Origin: Squalus acanthias
Lineage: Eukaryota
Direction: 5' to 3'
Assembly: GCA_030390025.1 (NCBI GenBank)
Contig: CM059432.1
Span: 133,612,001 to 133,676,000, forward strand
Length of the DNA: 64,000 nucleotides
This document shows positions 24,028 through 36,791 of this stretch, in pieces (the first letter of the stretch is position 1; each line of letters opens with the position of its first letter). Both the position numbers and the translations under genes were made by a program. The notes below the pieces were generated by a model, which was not told where the DNA came from, did not search any database, and saw only the letters and a list, made by a program, of their open reading frames with translations.

Positions 24028-25311
24028 GGGCTAAAAATTTGAGTATGCTGGAAACCTGCCGGTAACAGCGCCGGCCAAGGCTAATGGCCGCCGGCCGAGA
24101 GAGCGCAGGCAGCACCGGTATTTTGCGAAGTAACATCAGCGGAGCGTTGATTTTGTGGTATAACGCGCTCTTTCCAGCACTGAGCTCAGCAGGAAGCCGA
24201 AAGTCGCGTCTGTCTCCCGCTTGCAGTAAAGGGGAATGAGGAAGAAAGGAACAAACCTGCAGGCCATGTACGGAACAGTTGCCATACTTGCTACAAAAAT
24301 ATCACCTGCCGCCTGATGTTTGTTGATTTTTTAAATAGTTCATGAAATGAATGCATCTGCCTTCTCTGTAACACTAATCTTTCCCCATTGTTTACTCTTG
24401 AAAGTGCGTAAATGTGTAGTAATCGTGCCAGATTTTAGTGGGTCCTGCATACTCGAGACAAAATAATTCTTTGATAAATAATTGGTTATAGAATTTTGAA
24501 TAAATTAATTATAATTCCTTAAAATCTTAACAGTAGAGTCCAGATTTGCTAAGGGGGTGACGTTCTGGTGACGCTGTCACAAAGATAAAAGCGAACTTAT
24601 CAGAGATGCTCTTCAAACGTTGCAATGGAGTTCTCGGCAATCAGACGCTCTTTCGGAATTTGTTTCTTTTATTTGCTGGGAATCCGCCGAGGGATTTGCA
24701 GTTTTGTGCAGGTGTTCAGTTCTGAAGTAAAAGCTTGTTCCACAAGGTTTCACCCATTGATTTACTGGCCCACAAACACTGTAGGCCTCCCAGAAAGCTG
24801 CCAGAAAATGCGTCAACCCCCCCGCCCCCCGCCAACCCCACCCCACTGATGGGCAAAAAATCTAAGTATAAAAGAAGAACCTTGGCAAAGGAGGGATTTG
24901 AAGTTCCGCTATCCATCTGTGGTGTTTTCCACTTGTCAGCCTCCATCCTCGTGTACAATCTGCCAAGTCTCGCCAGACTCCTCATGGCCGTTAAAGCTGC
25001 TGAAGCGCTTTTAGCGGCTGCACGCACGGGCGTGCTTTAGAGAGGGTGGCGATAGGAGCGTCGAAATCCAAAATGGATGAGCGGGCGTCAACTCGGCGTC
25101 GCACGCTGACTGGCGTCACGCTCCAACTCATTACAATACTTTGGGCGAGCGCAGGCAACGGCAGCACTGCCGACCTGTCGAAAATGGCGGTAACCGCGGG
25201 TCCCGCCAGCAGTGGGCGATAGCGTGGCGGCCGCCATTCTTTTCCCCCGAATCTGGTGGTAACGGGTGGCGCTAAACCTCCCCCCCCGCCGCCCCCCCGA
25301 ATTTTTAGCCT
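24028..25311. mobile_element. Non-autonomous Harbinger-type element
   Basis: TIR GGGCTAAAAATT/AATTTTTAGCCT, flanks TAA/TAT, CpG-rich subterminal regions. Confidence 0.65.
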
Positions 25312-25904
25312 TATATTTCTAACATATATTTCACAGAGAATTTCCTCTGTTCACTATTTCTAGAAAAATGGTGAAACCATTCTCAAAGAACGAGTTTATG
25401 ATTTTGCTACAAATTGCTGGACATGGGAAACCTTCCTGCTGTGTTTATAATATTGCAAACACATAACAACCGGAAGAAATCTTCCCTCAATGGGTCACAA
25501 CAGAGCCATGGCCACAAAATACTGTTCAAGTCAAAAGTACAAGTTAGCATAATCATTCAAATGGGCAATGCATTGTCTAAATGTAAGGGTTGTCACTCAG
25601 AAGTGTTCATGCACAATGGCTGTTTGGCTACTTGCAGGTGTAGTCATTACAAAGGAGTCATATGGGTGCTGTTATTTAAAATTAATATCCATAAAACCCA
25701 TAAACGTGGGAAAAAAAAACTAAATCTGCAAGGATAATTAAGACATACATCTGTCTTCTTCTTTCTCCCTGGTGTGTCTGCTCCTCTTTAGCCTTTCCTG
25801 AAATTTCTCTTGCACAAGCTGTAACAAACAAGTCAGAAAATTCCTTTACACTTTGTACCACATTTGCAACTGGAGTTACCAACCCTCCCGGATTGCCCTG
25901 GAAT

Positions 25905-28900
25905 CATAGAAACATAGAACATAGAAGATAGGAGCAGGAGTAGGCCATTCGGCCCCTTGAGCCTGTTCCGCCATTTAATGAGATCATGGCTGATCATCCA
26001 AATTCAGTACCCTGTCCCTGCTTTCTCCCCATATCCCTTGATCCCTTTAGCCTTAAGAAATATATCTAACTCCTTCTTGAATATATTTAATGAATTGGCC
26101 TCAACTGCCTTCTGTGGTAGAGAATTCCGCAGGTTCACCACTCGCTGGGTGAAGAAATTGCTCCTCATCTCAGTCCTAAATGGCCTACCCCTTATCCTTA
26201 GACTGTGACCCCTGGTTCTGGACTCCCCCGCCTTCGGGAACATCCTTCCTGCATCTAGTCTGTCTAGTCCTGTTAGAATTTTATAAGTTTCAATGAGATC
26301 CCCTCTCATTCTTCTAAACTCTAGCGAATACAAGCCCAATCGACCCAATCTCTCTTCATACGTCATTCCTGCCATCCCAGGTATCAGTCTGGTGAATCTT
26401 CGCTGCACTCCCTCCATGGCAAGAACATCCTTCCTCAGATAAGGTGACCAAAACTGCACACAGTACTCAAGGTGTGGTCTCACCAAGGCCCTGTACAACT
26501 GCAGCAAGACATCCTTGCTCCTGTACTCGAATCCTCTCGCTATGAAGGCCAACATACCATTTGCTTCTTAACCGCCTGCTGCACCTGCATGCTTGCCTTC
26601 AGCGACTGGTGCACAAGGACACCCAGGTCTCGTTGCACTTCCCCTTTTCCCAATCTATTGTCGTTCAGATAATAATCTGTCTTCCTGTTTTTGCCACCAA
26701 AGTGGATAACCTCGCATTTATCCACATTATACTGCATCTGCTATGCATCTGCCCAATCACCCAACCTATCCAAATCATACTGGAGTTTCTCCGCATCCTC
26801 TTCACAGCACACACGCCCACCCAGCTTTATGTTGTCTGCAAACTTGGAGATATTACATCTAGTTCCCTCGTCCAGATCATTAATATATATTGTGAATAAC
26901 TGGGGTCCTAGTACCGATCCCTGCGGTACCCCACGAGTCACTGCCTGCCACTCAGAAAAATACTCATTTATTTCAATTCTTTGCTTCCTGTCTGCCAACC
27001 AGTTCTCTATCCAAGTCAGTACCTTACCCCCAATCCCATGTGCTTTAACTTTGCATGCCAATCTCTTATGCGGGACCTTATCGAAAGCCTTCTGAAAGTC
27101 CAAATACACCACAGCCACTGGTTCTCCCTTATCTATTCTACCAGTTACATCCTCAAAAAATTCTAGTAGATTAGTCAGGCATGATTTACCTTTTGTAAAT
27201 CCATGTTGACTTTGTCCGATCCTGTCACTGTTTTCCAAGTGCTCTGCTATTACATCTTTTATAATGGACTCTAGCATTTTCCCCACTACCGACATCAGGC
27301 TTACCGGTCTATGGGGGAAAAATTCAGTTCGTTGCGCCTCCCGTTAGCGCCTTAAGAGGGCGCTAATGGGGCGCAAAGCAGCTAGCGCCCGGGCGCAGCG
27401 ATGTTTGCGCCGCTCGCGAACTTAACTAGACATTTTGCGGCAGCGCTAAACTTTATCGCCGCGATCTCCTGCGCCAGCAGATCATGAAGTCACTCGAGTG
27501 CGCAACGCCCCGGTATCGCCCCGGAGCGGATATTGAGTGGCGCCCCCTGCCTTACCGCCTGACGCTAGCAACGACAGGTTGAGGGGAGCGTTCTGCAGTC
27601 GTGAAGGGAAAGGGGGAGCGCTATTTAAAGGTGACCGCTTCCTGCCTTTTATTGTTGGTGCCATTTTTGAACTACGCATTCTGAGAGAGAGAGAGGGAGA
27701 GACTTCTGGAGAGATTCAACGTTGTGTGAAGGAGTTTTGGGTACTGAGCAGCACTTTGCAGGTTCATTTTGATTTGCCATTCCTTGTATCGATTTAGCAG
27801 AGACTGTGGGGGCTGCACTCTGAGCTCTTTGCCTGGTACTCTCCATTGTTCTTTCCAGCACATTTGATGCGCAGGTCTCTCCAGGCCGAGATTCAAGGCT
27901 GCAATCAGCAGGATGTGGATGGAAAGCAAGATTAACCATCCCCTTTAAGAACTGGCCCGTGCCATTGTGTGTGTGTTCCATTGCTGACTGACATTACATG
28001 AGCTTCGCCAGCGCTCTGAGGTAGCGCCTCGCTCCTCGGCCTTTGCGCCTTAAGACAGGTGTGAAGCGCCTGATTTAGCGCTGCAATCACCTCCAGGGGC
28101 GATAAAAGTCAAGTTTGCAGTCGGTGGCGATAATTAGCGCCAGGCGCTAATTTTGCGCCCAGACGATATTTGCGCCCCAAACGGGGCGCGACTGAATTTT
28201 TCCCCCTATAATTCCCCGTTTTCTCTCTACCACCTTTTTTGAACAGTGGGGTAACATTAGCTACCCTCCAATCCATGGGGACTGTTCCAGAGTCTATAGA
28301 ATTTTGGAAGATGACCAGCAATGCAACTACTATTTCTAGGGCCACTTCCTTAAGTACCCGAGGATGTAGATTATCAGGCCCTGGGGATTTATCGGCCTTC
28401 AATCCCGTCAATTTCCCTAACACCATTTCCCTACAAATACTGATTTCATTCAGTTCCTCCCTCTCATTAGACCCTATGTTCCCTGACATCCCTGGGAGGT
28501 TATTTATGTCTTCCTTTGTGAAGACAGAACCAAAGTATGTATTTAATTTGCCACTTCTTTGTTCCCCATTATAAATTCCCCTGATTCTGACTGCAAGGGA
28601 CCTACGCTTGACTTCACCAATCTTTTTCTCTTCACATATCTATAGAAGCTTTTACAGTCAGTTTTTATGTTCCCTGAAAGCTTACTCTCATACTCTATTT
28701 TCCCTCTCTTAATTAATCCCTTTGTCCTCCTTTGCTGAATCCTAAACTGCTCCCAATCCTCAGGTTTGCCGCTTTTTCTGGCCAATTTATATGTCCTCTC
28801 CTTGGATCTTATGCTATCCCTAATTTCCCTTGTTAGCCACGGTTGAGTCACCTTTTTTGTTTTATTTTTATGCCAAACAGGGATGAACAAATTCTGTAGT

Positions 28901-29892
28901 TCATCCATGCGATCTTTAAATGTTTGCCATTGCCTATCCATCATCAACCTTTTAAGTAACGTTCCCCAATCCATTCTAGCCAACTCGCACCTCATACCAT
29001 CGTAGTTTCCTTTATTTAAATTCAGGACCCTAGTCTCTGAGTCAAATACTTCACTCTCCATCTTAATGAAGAATTCTATCAGATTATGATCGCTCCTCCC
29101 CAAGGGGCCTTGCACAACAAGATTGCTAATTAATCCTTTCTCATTACATAATACCCAGTCTAAGATGGCCTGATCGCTCGTTGGTTCCTCGACATATTGG
29201 TCCAGGAAACCATCCCGTATACACTCTAGGAATTCCTCCTCCACAGTATTGTTACTAATTTGGTCAGCCCAATCTATATGTAGATTAAAGTCACCCATGA
29301 TAACTGCTGTGCCCTTATTGCACGCGTCTCTAATTTCCCATTTAATGCCATCCCCAACCTCAGCATTACTGTTTGGGGGTCTGTATACAATTCCCACTAA
29401 TGTTTTCTGCCCCTTGGTATTTCTCAGCTCTACCCATACAGATTCCACATCATCAGAGCTAATATCCTTCCTTACTATTGTGTTAATCTCCTCTTTAACC
29501 AGCAATGCTACCCCACCTCCTTTTCCTTTTTGCCTGTCTTTCCTGAATATTGAATACCCCTGGATGTTGAATTCCCAGCCTTGGTCACCCTGGAGCCATG
29601 TCTCCGTAATCCCGATTATATCATATCCGTTTACATCTATTTGCGCAGCTAATTCATCCACCTTATTACGAATGCTCCTCGCATTAAGACACAAAGCCTT
29701 CAAGCTTGTTTTTTTTAACATTCTTAGACCTTTTAGAATTATTAATTACTGTGGCCATGTTTGATTTACACCCTTGATTTCTCTGACTGCCACTTTTGCT
29801 TTTCTCCTTCCTGTCTTTTGCTTCTATCCTTGCTTCCCTTTCCTCTGTCTCCCTGCACAGATTCCCAGCCCCCTGCCATTTTAGTTTCAACC
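25905..29892 (-). mobile_element. CR1 LINE with the end of ORF1 and a near-complete but disrupted ORF2 (APE endonuclease + RT)
   Basis: ORF1 end LKWQGAGN. ORF2 has LNARSI, ITETW, GDFN, SDH, GVPQGSVLGP and FADN. Premature stop at 26741, frameshifts near 28545 and 26560, MITE insertion, (tttctatg)-type tail. Confidence 0.95.
27313..28206 (+). mobile_element. Harbinger-type MITE family A, copy 2 (894 bp)
   Basis: Same TIRs, TSD TAT. Excision restores the CR1 sequence GNYRPVS. Confidence 0.92.
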
Positions 29893-30549
29893 CTCCAGGA
29901 ATTTAAGATTAATCTTTTGGACTCTGCTGCGAGCAACCTGAGAGATAAGTCTTTGGGGGTTAATAAAAAGTGTGGTTTTCTCATTTTTTTGAACACTTTC
30001 ATTGATTAGTTGTAAAAATATTGGAGATGGGAGGGGAAAAGGCTGTTTGGCTGGGCGAGGTGGTGGGAGGCGGGATAGCATGTGATGAAAGCTCCAGGAA
30101 TATGTCCAACCAGAGTTGGCAACCCTATCTGCAGCCCATTACTTTAACTGCAATACAGATTTATTCTCCTTCATTCACTGTATCCACCTTGAAATAAGCA
30201 GGAAATGTTTTGGGGAATTTCTTGCTTGTGTCTAATATATTTTTTAAACTATATACTAGCACATCTCCTGTCACAATGCTCCTAGAAGGTTGGAGGACAC
30301 ACTGATTTATAAAGACAGGAGCATCATACTTTATAGTATTTATTCTACTGCTAAAGATCAGGTGTGTAAAACGTGCTCTGTCCCCATGAGCCAACAAGGT
30401 GTAATTGCTGTTCCTTGCTCAGGTTAATTAGTGGCTAATTAGTCATAGCAGATGCTCAGGTCAATGATGAGATCAGACTGGCTTTCTTTTTTTGTGCTGA
30501 TCAAGGTGAGGGTGTTAGTGGTGAAGAACAAAATACTTTCCATTTCCAG

Positions 30550-30863
30550 GGTCAGCGTCAAGCGCTACCAGTCAGGTACAGCACAGCTAAATGCAGAGTA
30601 ATGTTACCTCTATTCAGCCAAAACCTCAAAAGAGTACCCACTACTGCACCAACGTCCTGGCAACATTGCCCATTAGCAGCTGTTTTGTGTTGTAGCCCCA
30701 TGCTCATCAGCCACTGTATTAAGACTGCCCAAACCCTTTTCACATAGCACCCTTACAGCCAGAAAACAGAATCCATTCATTCATGCCATCAGTCTGGGTT
30801 AAATTTGAACCCATGTCCAAGAGGTGAAACACCACTGTCTGGACAACAGTGCCACTCAGTTCC
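30550..30863 (-). mobile_element. LF-SINE-like tRNA-derived SINE (diverged)
   Basis: Minus strand tttcacctct..gggttcaaat..cccag..ggctgt..ctatgtgaaa..cacaaaac is collinear with the LF-SINE 5' half as I recall it. Confidence 0.5.
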
Positions 30864-31374
30864 TCATATTTTCTTTGTAAGGGGGTCACAGAAATGGGCA
30901 TGTGTGACAATGCGTCACCTGAAATGTGATAGACAGTGACGAGCACTAGATGCCAGCTATCAATGGATTGCCTGTGGTGTTGTACATGGGTAGTCAAAGC
31001 CAAGGGTTGTCTTCAGATAAAGCAAGGTTAGAGGATGGGTCACAATTGGACCAGGGCAGACAGACATAATTCAGTCCCCATTTTAAAGTCAACCGTTCAG
31101 GATGATATGCAGTTTTATAAGCAAAGGAGGGTTATACCGTATCATTCACAATGTACTATTCTGCTGCTGAGGTAGAACTCTGTTCCTTTACGGTGACAAA
31201 ATCTAATTGTTATTAATTAAATACAACGTCCAATCAATCAGAGTTTAATTGCTGCCTGGTGGCACAATGGTCCAGGTTGGACGCTGCTTGTAAATTTCAG
31301 GCTCCAGGTCAGAAGCAACCAGCATTAAGTGACTGGGATTTTTTTTTCTCTTTCTTAAAATTGTTTTGCATCTA

Positions 31375-31517
31375 TAGTTTTGGACACTAAGAGAATCAAG
31401 GGATATGGGGATAGGGCGGGAAAGTGGAGTTGAGGTAAAAGATCAGCCATGATCTTATTGAATGGCAGAGTAGGTTCGAGGGGCTGTATGGCCTACTCCT
31501 GCTCCTATTTCTTATGT
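31375..31517 (+). mobile_element. CR1 3' end fragment
   Basis: IKGYG motif, then gatcagccatgatc...ggcctactcctgctcctatttcttatgt. Confidence 0.8.
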
Positions 31518-32424
31518 ATGTATGGAGGTGGCATTTAGTGTGTAACTTTTGGAGCGTATTGGACAAAATGTGCACTAAATGCAAAATTGTTACATATTGA
31601 TAGATTCACTACCCATGAAATGTGGAACTTCCTGTAGAGATGGGAGCACTGTGATAGTTCCTCTTCAAATAAACCAAGTTTAGCTGAGGTAAATGCCATA
31701 ACTCCCACCTGAACTGACCTACTCCATTTAGCTAACCATTACTTTTACCCCTCATAAAAATCTGCATTTACAGATGAGCTATGTGTCAAACCTTTGTGCA
31801 TCGCATCTTCTGTTCATTTATTTGTGGCACTCATTAATAGCACAGTCAGTATCCTGGGTTTAGCGTACATTCACACACATACTTACTTTCTCTGAAACAC
31901 ATTCGCTTTGAATGACCATTAGTTTATGATTCAAATGAAAGGTGTTCGTATTACTCAGTGTGTTAGTCCTGCCTTAATGCACATACCCAAATGCAAAATG
32001 AATTAAGTCCAGCTTGCAACGTTTTAAACCATATCTAAAAAAATAAATATAAGTTCTAAACATATAGCGCAGGAAGACATCAAAAGTACTCCTGAATTCA
32101 CACTACTTTTCTAAGTGCTTTACAAGCTTTTAATTAAATGGTTTTACTGATAATTCCACTCTTATACAGCAGTCAAAGTTTAGGCAGCCATCTATTAGTA
32201 AACAAATCCAATAAGGAGACCATTATATTGTTCCAAATTAAGGCACCGTTGCAAAATGGTCACTAAAATATTCTCATTGTTTTGATTGTTAAACTTTCTC
32301 TTCAAAGAACCAGATGAATATTTCACTTCAGAAAAAAAAACCCTGAAAAGTAATATCTCTCAGTAATCCTACCTTCTTACTGATGTTTGTGGTTACTTCT
32401 CACTCAAGAGAATATACGGCAATT

Positions 32425-32660
32425 CTCGTGCCTTCAGCTGCCTCGGCCCTAAGCTCTGGAATTCCCTCCCTAAAGCTCTCTGGCTCTCCTCTTTTAAGTT
32501 GCTCCCTAAAAGCTACCTCTTTGACCAAGCTTTTGGTCACCTTTCCTAATATCTCCTTATGTGGCTCGGTGTCAAATTTTGTTTGATAGCCGCTCCTGAG
32601 AAGTGCTTTGGGATGTTTTACTATGTTAAAGGTGGTATATAAATGCAAGTAGTTGTTGTT
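32425..32660 (+). mobile_element. L2 3' fragment
   Basis: Similar to 38770-39172. Confidence 0.85.
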
Positions 32661-33963
32661 TAATTGCTACAGACTTTTAATTGAACCTTGTTTCAATCAA
32701 ATGCAGACCAGCATTACTGCAGTCTGTGTTGATGCAAAGTGGTTGTGACTTTACATCAGTGCAAACTGCGTCGTATAATTTGGAAGTGAAATCAGCAGAT
32801 CAAATTCTGGCAAGCTATGCAGGACCACCTTAAAGAGGTAGTCTAGAGGTGGTCTTACATGCTGTCAGTTTTTGCATCGGCTGCAGGATAATTGCAAGGA
32901 CCACCTAGGAAGCTTTTTACATTTGATTTTTACACTGTTTAATGCTCGCAAAGAGTCAACTATCCCCTCGTCTCTTTGCTAATATTAAAAACGTTCCTGG
33001 TATCTGGACATTGATGAGTGAAACCCTGCACATGTGCATGACCAGACAGCAATACTGAGCCAGCAGTACAACCCAGAACTGGCAACTTTGCATCACTCTA
33101 AAGAGGCACCATTTCAAAAATGCTTCTGGACTGGGACAACAAATATTTAAGTGTGTCAGAAATGTACTTATTTGCACCTATTGTTGTCTGCATCGGAAAC
33201 ACCTGGGATGCAGGTACAAATCCACATACCCACTCCTGCCGTGCAGAACGCTGCATCAGGAGTGCTAATCTACCCCGATAGCTTTCAATTTAAACACAAG
33301 ACCCTCAGATTCTTCAATATTTTATGAAACAAATCAATATGAATCATAATTTTAAAGAATAACAGAAATAAAATGTTTATACTTCACATTGGCTTTCTGC
33401 TACGATTGGCAAGAATAATGACTAAGCACCATAGATCACCAGTTGCAATTCCTGAAATGGCAAAACCAGGGATAACACACAAGACCGTACAATGACTAAT
33501 AATACTAGCACTGTATGTGACTCTGGCTTTTGCCATCACATGAAAATTGAGTAATCGGTGAAATTCTGACACTGATTGAACTGTGTAAATCTGGGAATTG
33601 GGCTTTTTACTTAAGTAGTTGTCAGATTAATAAACCATATTGTAACCTTCCTCTGAGTACAATCACCATTCTTTCTGCACTTGAAGTCCACTTCACCCCT
33701 TCACCGGTACCAATGCCAGGAAGGCAGAGTCGCAGCTATGCAGAGGGAGTACAGTAGTTCATAGGCATCTCAAGCATTTACGCTATCGAGTTTTTCTTCC
33801 TTACGTATCTTGGGCAATGCAGGCAGCATGGATTAAGCCAATAACTGGCTTGTTTTATCTCAGTACAGATGATAATCTATTATTTATCTGTATGTAATGT
33901 AAAGATGGCACATCTAGCGCACACTTTCTGTCCATCACACTTCTGATATACGACATACTTCAC

Positions 33964-36516
33964 ATGTCACTCACAGTCTGGTGCAAAGTTCTGTGGCACA
34001 GAAAGAAAACGTTAGTGGGAGTTGTGTACAGACCTCCAAACAGCAGTAGTGAGATGGGGGAGGGTATGAAACAGGAAATCAGAGGTGCGTGCAAAAAAGG
34101 CACGGCAGTTATCATGGGTGACTTTAATATGCATATAGATTGGGCTACTCAAACTGGAAGCAATACGGTGGAGGAGGATTTCCTGGAGTGTTTAAGGGAT
34201 GGTTTCCTAAACCAATATGTTGAGGAACCAACTCGAGGGGAGGCCATCCTGGACTGGGTGTTGTGTAATGAGGAGGGACTAATCAGCAATCTTGTGGTAC
34301 GAGGCCCCCTGGGGAAGAGTGACCATAGTATGGTGGAGTTCTACATTAGGATGGAGAAGGAAACAGTTAAGTCAGAGACCATGGTCCAGAACTTAAATAA
34401 GGGCAACTTTGAGGGTATGAGGCGTGAATTGGCGAGGTTAAATTGGCAAGCGATATTTAAGGGGCTATCAGTGGAAGGGCAATGGCAGACATTTAGAGAT
34501 CGCATGGATGAACTACAACAATTGTACATCCCGGTCTGGCATAAAAATAAAAAAGGGAAGGTGGCTCAACCATGGCTAACAAGGGAAATCAGGGATAGTA
34601 TTAAAACCAAGGAAGTTGCATACAAATTGGCCAGAAGTAGCAGCAAACCCGGGGACTGGGAGAACTTCAAAACTCAGCAGAGGAGGACGAAGGGTTTGAT
34701 TAGGGCAGGGAAAATAAAATATGAAAGGAAGCTTGCAGAGAACATTAAAATGGACTGCAAAAGCTTCTATAAATATGTAAAAAGAAAGAGGTTAGTAAAA
34801 ACAAACGTAGGTCCCCTGCAGTCGGAAACAGGGGAAGTCATAATGGGGAACAAGGAAATGGCGGATCAATTGAACAAGTACTTTGGTTCGGTGTTTACTG
34901 TGGAGGACACACACAACCTGCCGGAAATAAAAGGGGTCAGAGGATCTGGTAAGAGGGAGGAGCTGAGGGAAATCCTTATTAGTCGGGAAAAGGTATTGGG
35001 GAAATTGATGGGACTGAAGGCTGAAAAATCCCCGGGGCCTGATGGTCTGCATCCCAGAGTACTTAAGGAGGTGGCCTTGGAAATAGTGGATGCATTGACG
35101 ATCATTTTCCAACATTCCTTAGACTCTGGATCAGTTCCGATGGAGTGGAGGGTGGCCAATGTAACCCCTCTTTTTAAAAAAGGAGGGAGGGAGAAAGCAG
35201 GGAATTATAGACCGGTCAGCCTGACATCGGTCGTGGGTAAAATGATGGAAGCAATTATTAAAGATGTCATAACAGACCATTTGGAAAGTGGCGACATGAT
35301 AGGTCCAAGTCAGCATGGATTTGTGAAAGGGAAATCATGCTTGACAAATCTTCTGGAATTTTTTGAGGATGTTTCCAATAGGGTGGACAGGGGGGAACCA
35401 GTAGATGTGGTGTATTTGGACTTTCAGAAGGCCTTCGACAAGGTCCCACACAAGAGATTGGTGAGCAAAGTTAAAGCACATGGGATTGGGGGTAATGTGT
35501 TGACGTGGATTGAGAACTGGTTGGCACACAGGAAACAAAGAGTAGGAGTAAATGGGTACTTTTCAGAATGGCAGGCAGTGACCAGCGGGGTACCGCAGGG
35601 TTCGGTGCTGGGACCCCAGCTGTTTACATTATATATTAATGATTTGGACGAAGGGATTAAATGTAATATCTCCAAATTTGCGGATGACACTAAATTGGGA
35701 GGCAGTGTGAACAATGAGGAGGATGCTAGGAGGCTACAGAGTGACTTGGACAGGTTGGGTGAATGGGCAAATGTATGGCAGATGAAGTACAATGTGGATA
35801 AATGTGAGGTTATCCACTTTGGTGGTAAAAATAGAGAGGCGGACTATTACCTGAATGGTGGCAGATTAGGGAAAGGGGATGTGCAACGAGACCTGGGCGT
35901 CATGGTACATCAGTCACTGAAGGTGGGAATGCAAGTGCAGCAGGCAGTCAAGAAAGCAAACGGAATGATGGCCTTCATAGCAAGGGGATTTGAGTACAGG
36001 AGTAGGGAGGTGATGCTACAGTTGTACAGGGCCTTGGTGAGGCCACACCTGGAGTATTGTGCGCAGTTTTGGTCTCCTAACTTAAGGAAGGACATTCTTG
36101 CTATTGAGGGAGTGCAGCGAAGGTTCACTAGATTGATTCCTGGGATGGCCGGACTGACATATCAAGAAAGATTGGGTCAACTGAACTTGTATCCTCTGGA
36201 GTTCAGAAGAATGAGGGGGGATCTTATAGAGACATTTAAAATCCTGACTGGTTTAGACAAATTAGATGCGGGCAGAATGTTCCCAATGGTAGGGAAAACT
36301 AGAACCAGGGGTCACAGTCTAAGGATTAAGGGGAAGCCATTTAGGACTGAGCTGAGGAGGAACTTCTTCACCCAGAGAGTGGTGAATCTATGGAATTCTC
36401 TTCCACAGAAGGTTGTTGAGGCCAGTTCGCTAAATATATTCAAAAGGGAGTTAGATATAACACTCACAACTAAGGGGATCAAGGGGTATGGCGAGAAAGC
36501 AGGAATGGGGTACTGA
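33964..36516 (+). CDS. CR1 ORF2 (C-terminal half of APE endonuclease + reverse transcriptase), 850 codons open; the first ~10 codons are flanking DNA
   Basis: YRPP, GDFN, SDH, PGPDG, YRPVSLTS, DFQKAFDKV, GVPQGSVLGP and FADD motifs. Confidence 0.85.
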   Translation: MSLTVWCKVLWHRKKTLVGVVYRPPNSSSEMGEGMKQEIRGACKKGTAVIMGDFNMHIDWATQTGSNTVEEDFLECLRDGFLNQYVEEPTRGEAILDWVLCNEEGLISNLVVRGPLGKSDHSMVEFYIRMEKETVKSETMVQNLNKGNFEGMRRELARLNWQAIFKGLSVEGQWQTFRDRMDELQQLYIPVWHKNKKGKVAQPWLTREIRDSIKTKEVAYKLARSSSKPGDWENFKTQQRRTKGLIRAGKIKYERKLAENIKMDCKSFYKYVKRKRLVKTNVGPLQSETGEVIMGNKEMADQLNKYFGSVFTVEDTHNLPEIKGVRGSGKREELREILISREKVLGKLMGLKAEKSPGPDGLHPRVLKEVALEIVDALTIIFQHSLDSGSVPMEWRVANVTPLFKKGGREKAGNYRPVSLTSVVGKMMEAIIKDVITDHLESGDMIGPSQHGFVKGKSCLTNLLEFFEDVSNRVDRGEPVDVVYLDFQKAFDKVPHKRLVSKVKAHGIGGNVLTWIENWLAHRKQRVGVNGYFSEWQAVTSGVPQGSVLGPQLFTLYINDLDEGIKCNISKFADDTKLGGSVNNEEDARRLQSDLDRLGEWANVWQMKYNVDKCEVIHFGGKNREADYYLNGGRLGKGDVQRDLGVMVHQSLKVGMQVQQAVKKANGMMAFIARGFEYRSREVMLQLYRALVRPHLEYCAQFWSPNLRKDILAIEGVQRRFTRLIPGMAGLTYQERLGQLNLYPLEFRRMRGDLIETFKILTGLDKLDAGRMFPMVGKTRTRGHSLRIKGKPFRTELRRNFFTQRVVNLWNSLPQKVVEASSLNIFKRELDITLTTKGIKGYGEKAGMGY

Positions 36517-36613
36517 GGTAGCATGTTCAGCCATGAACGCATTGAATGGCGGTGCAGGCTCGAAGGACCGAATGGTCTACTCCTGTACCTATTTTCTATG
36601 TTTCTATGTTTCT
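33995..36613 (+). mobile_element. Young 5'-truncated CR1 LINE
   Basis: Uninterrupted ORF2, 3' UTR and (tttctatg)3 tail. Confidence 0.95.
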
Positions 36614-36791
36614 AAAGGATGGTCTTATGGATTGTACAGGGAAACTCTCCAGGGACACAAAATACTAGAGCCAGATTGTCTTCAGTCTCTTAATTCACTT
36701 CTGTATAAACTCACTCAGTGTTTAATTAACAATTACACTTTGTGGCCTTAAAGTGACACATTACTACACTACAGAAGCAGACTAAGACACT

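Larger units (their letters stand above)
25871..30127 (+). mobile_element. hAT-like MITE split by a CR1 (halves 25871-25904 and 29893-30127)
   Basis: The halves join as ...ccctggaat|ctccaggaat..., as in 175-421. Degenerate 8-bp TSD TTTGCAAC/TCTGCAGC. Confidence 0.75.

Noticed and set aside
25749..25818. 70-nt minus-strand exon candidate (ttacag|...AT|gtatgt)
   Set aside because: Exon A already joins exon B in frame. Inclusion would shift the frame and give an early TAA; at most it is a cryptic or poison exon.
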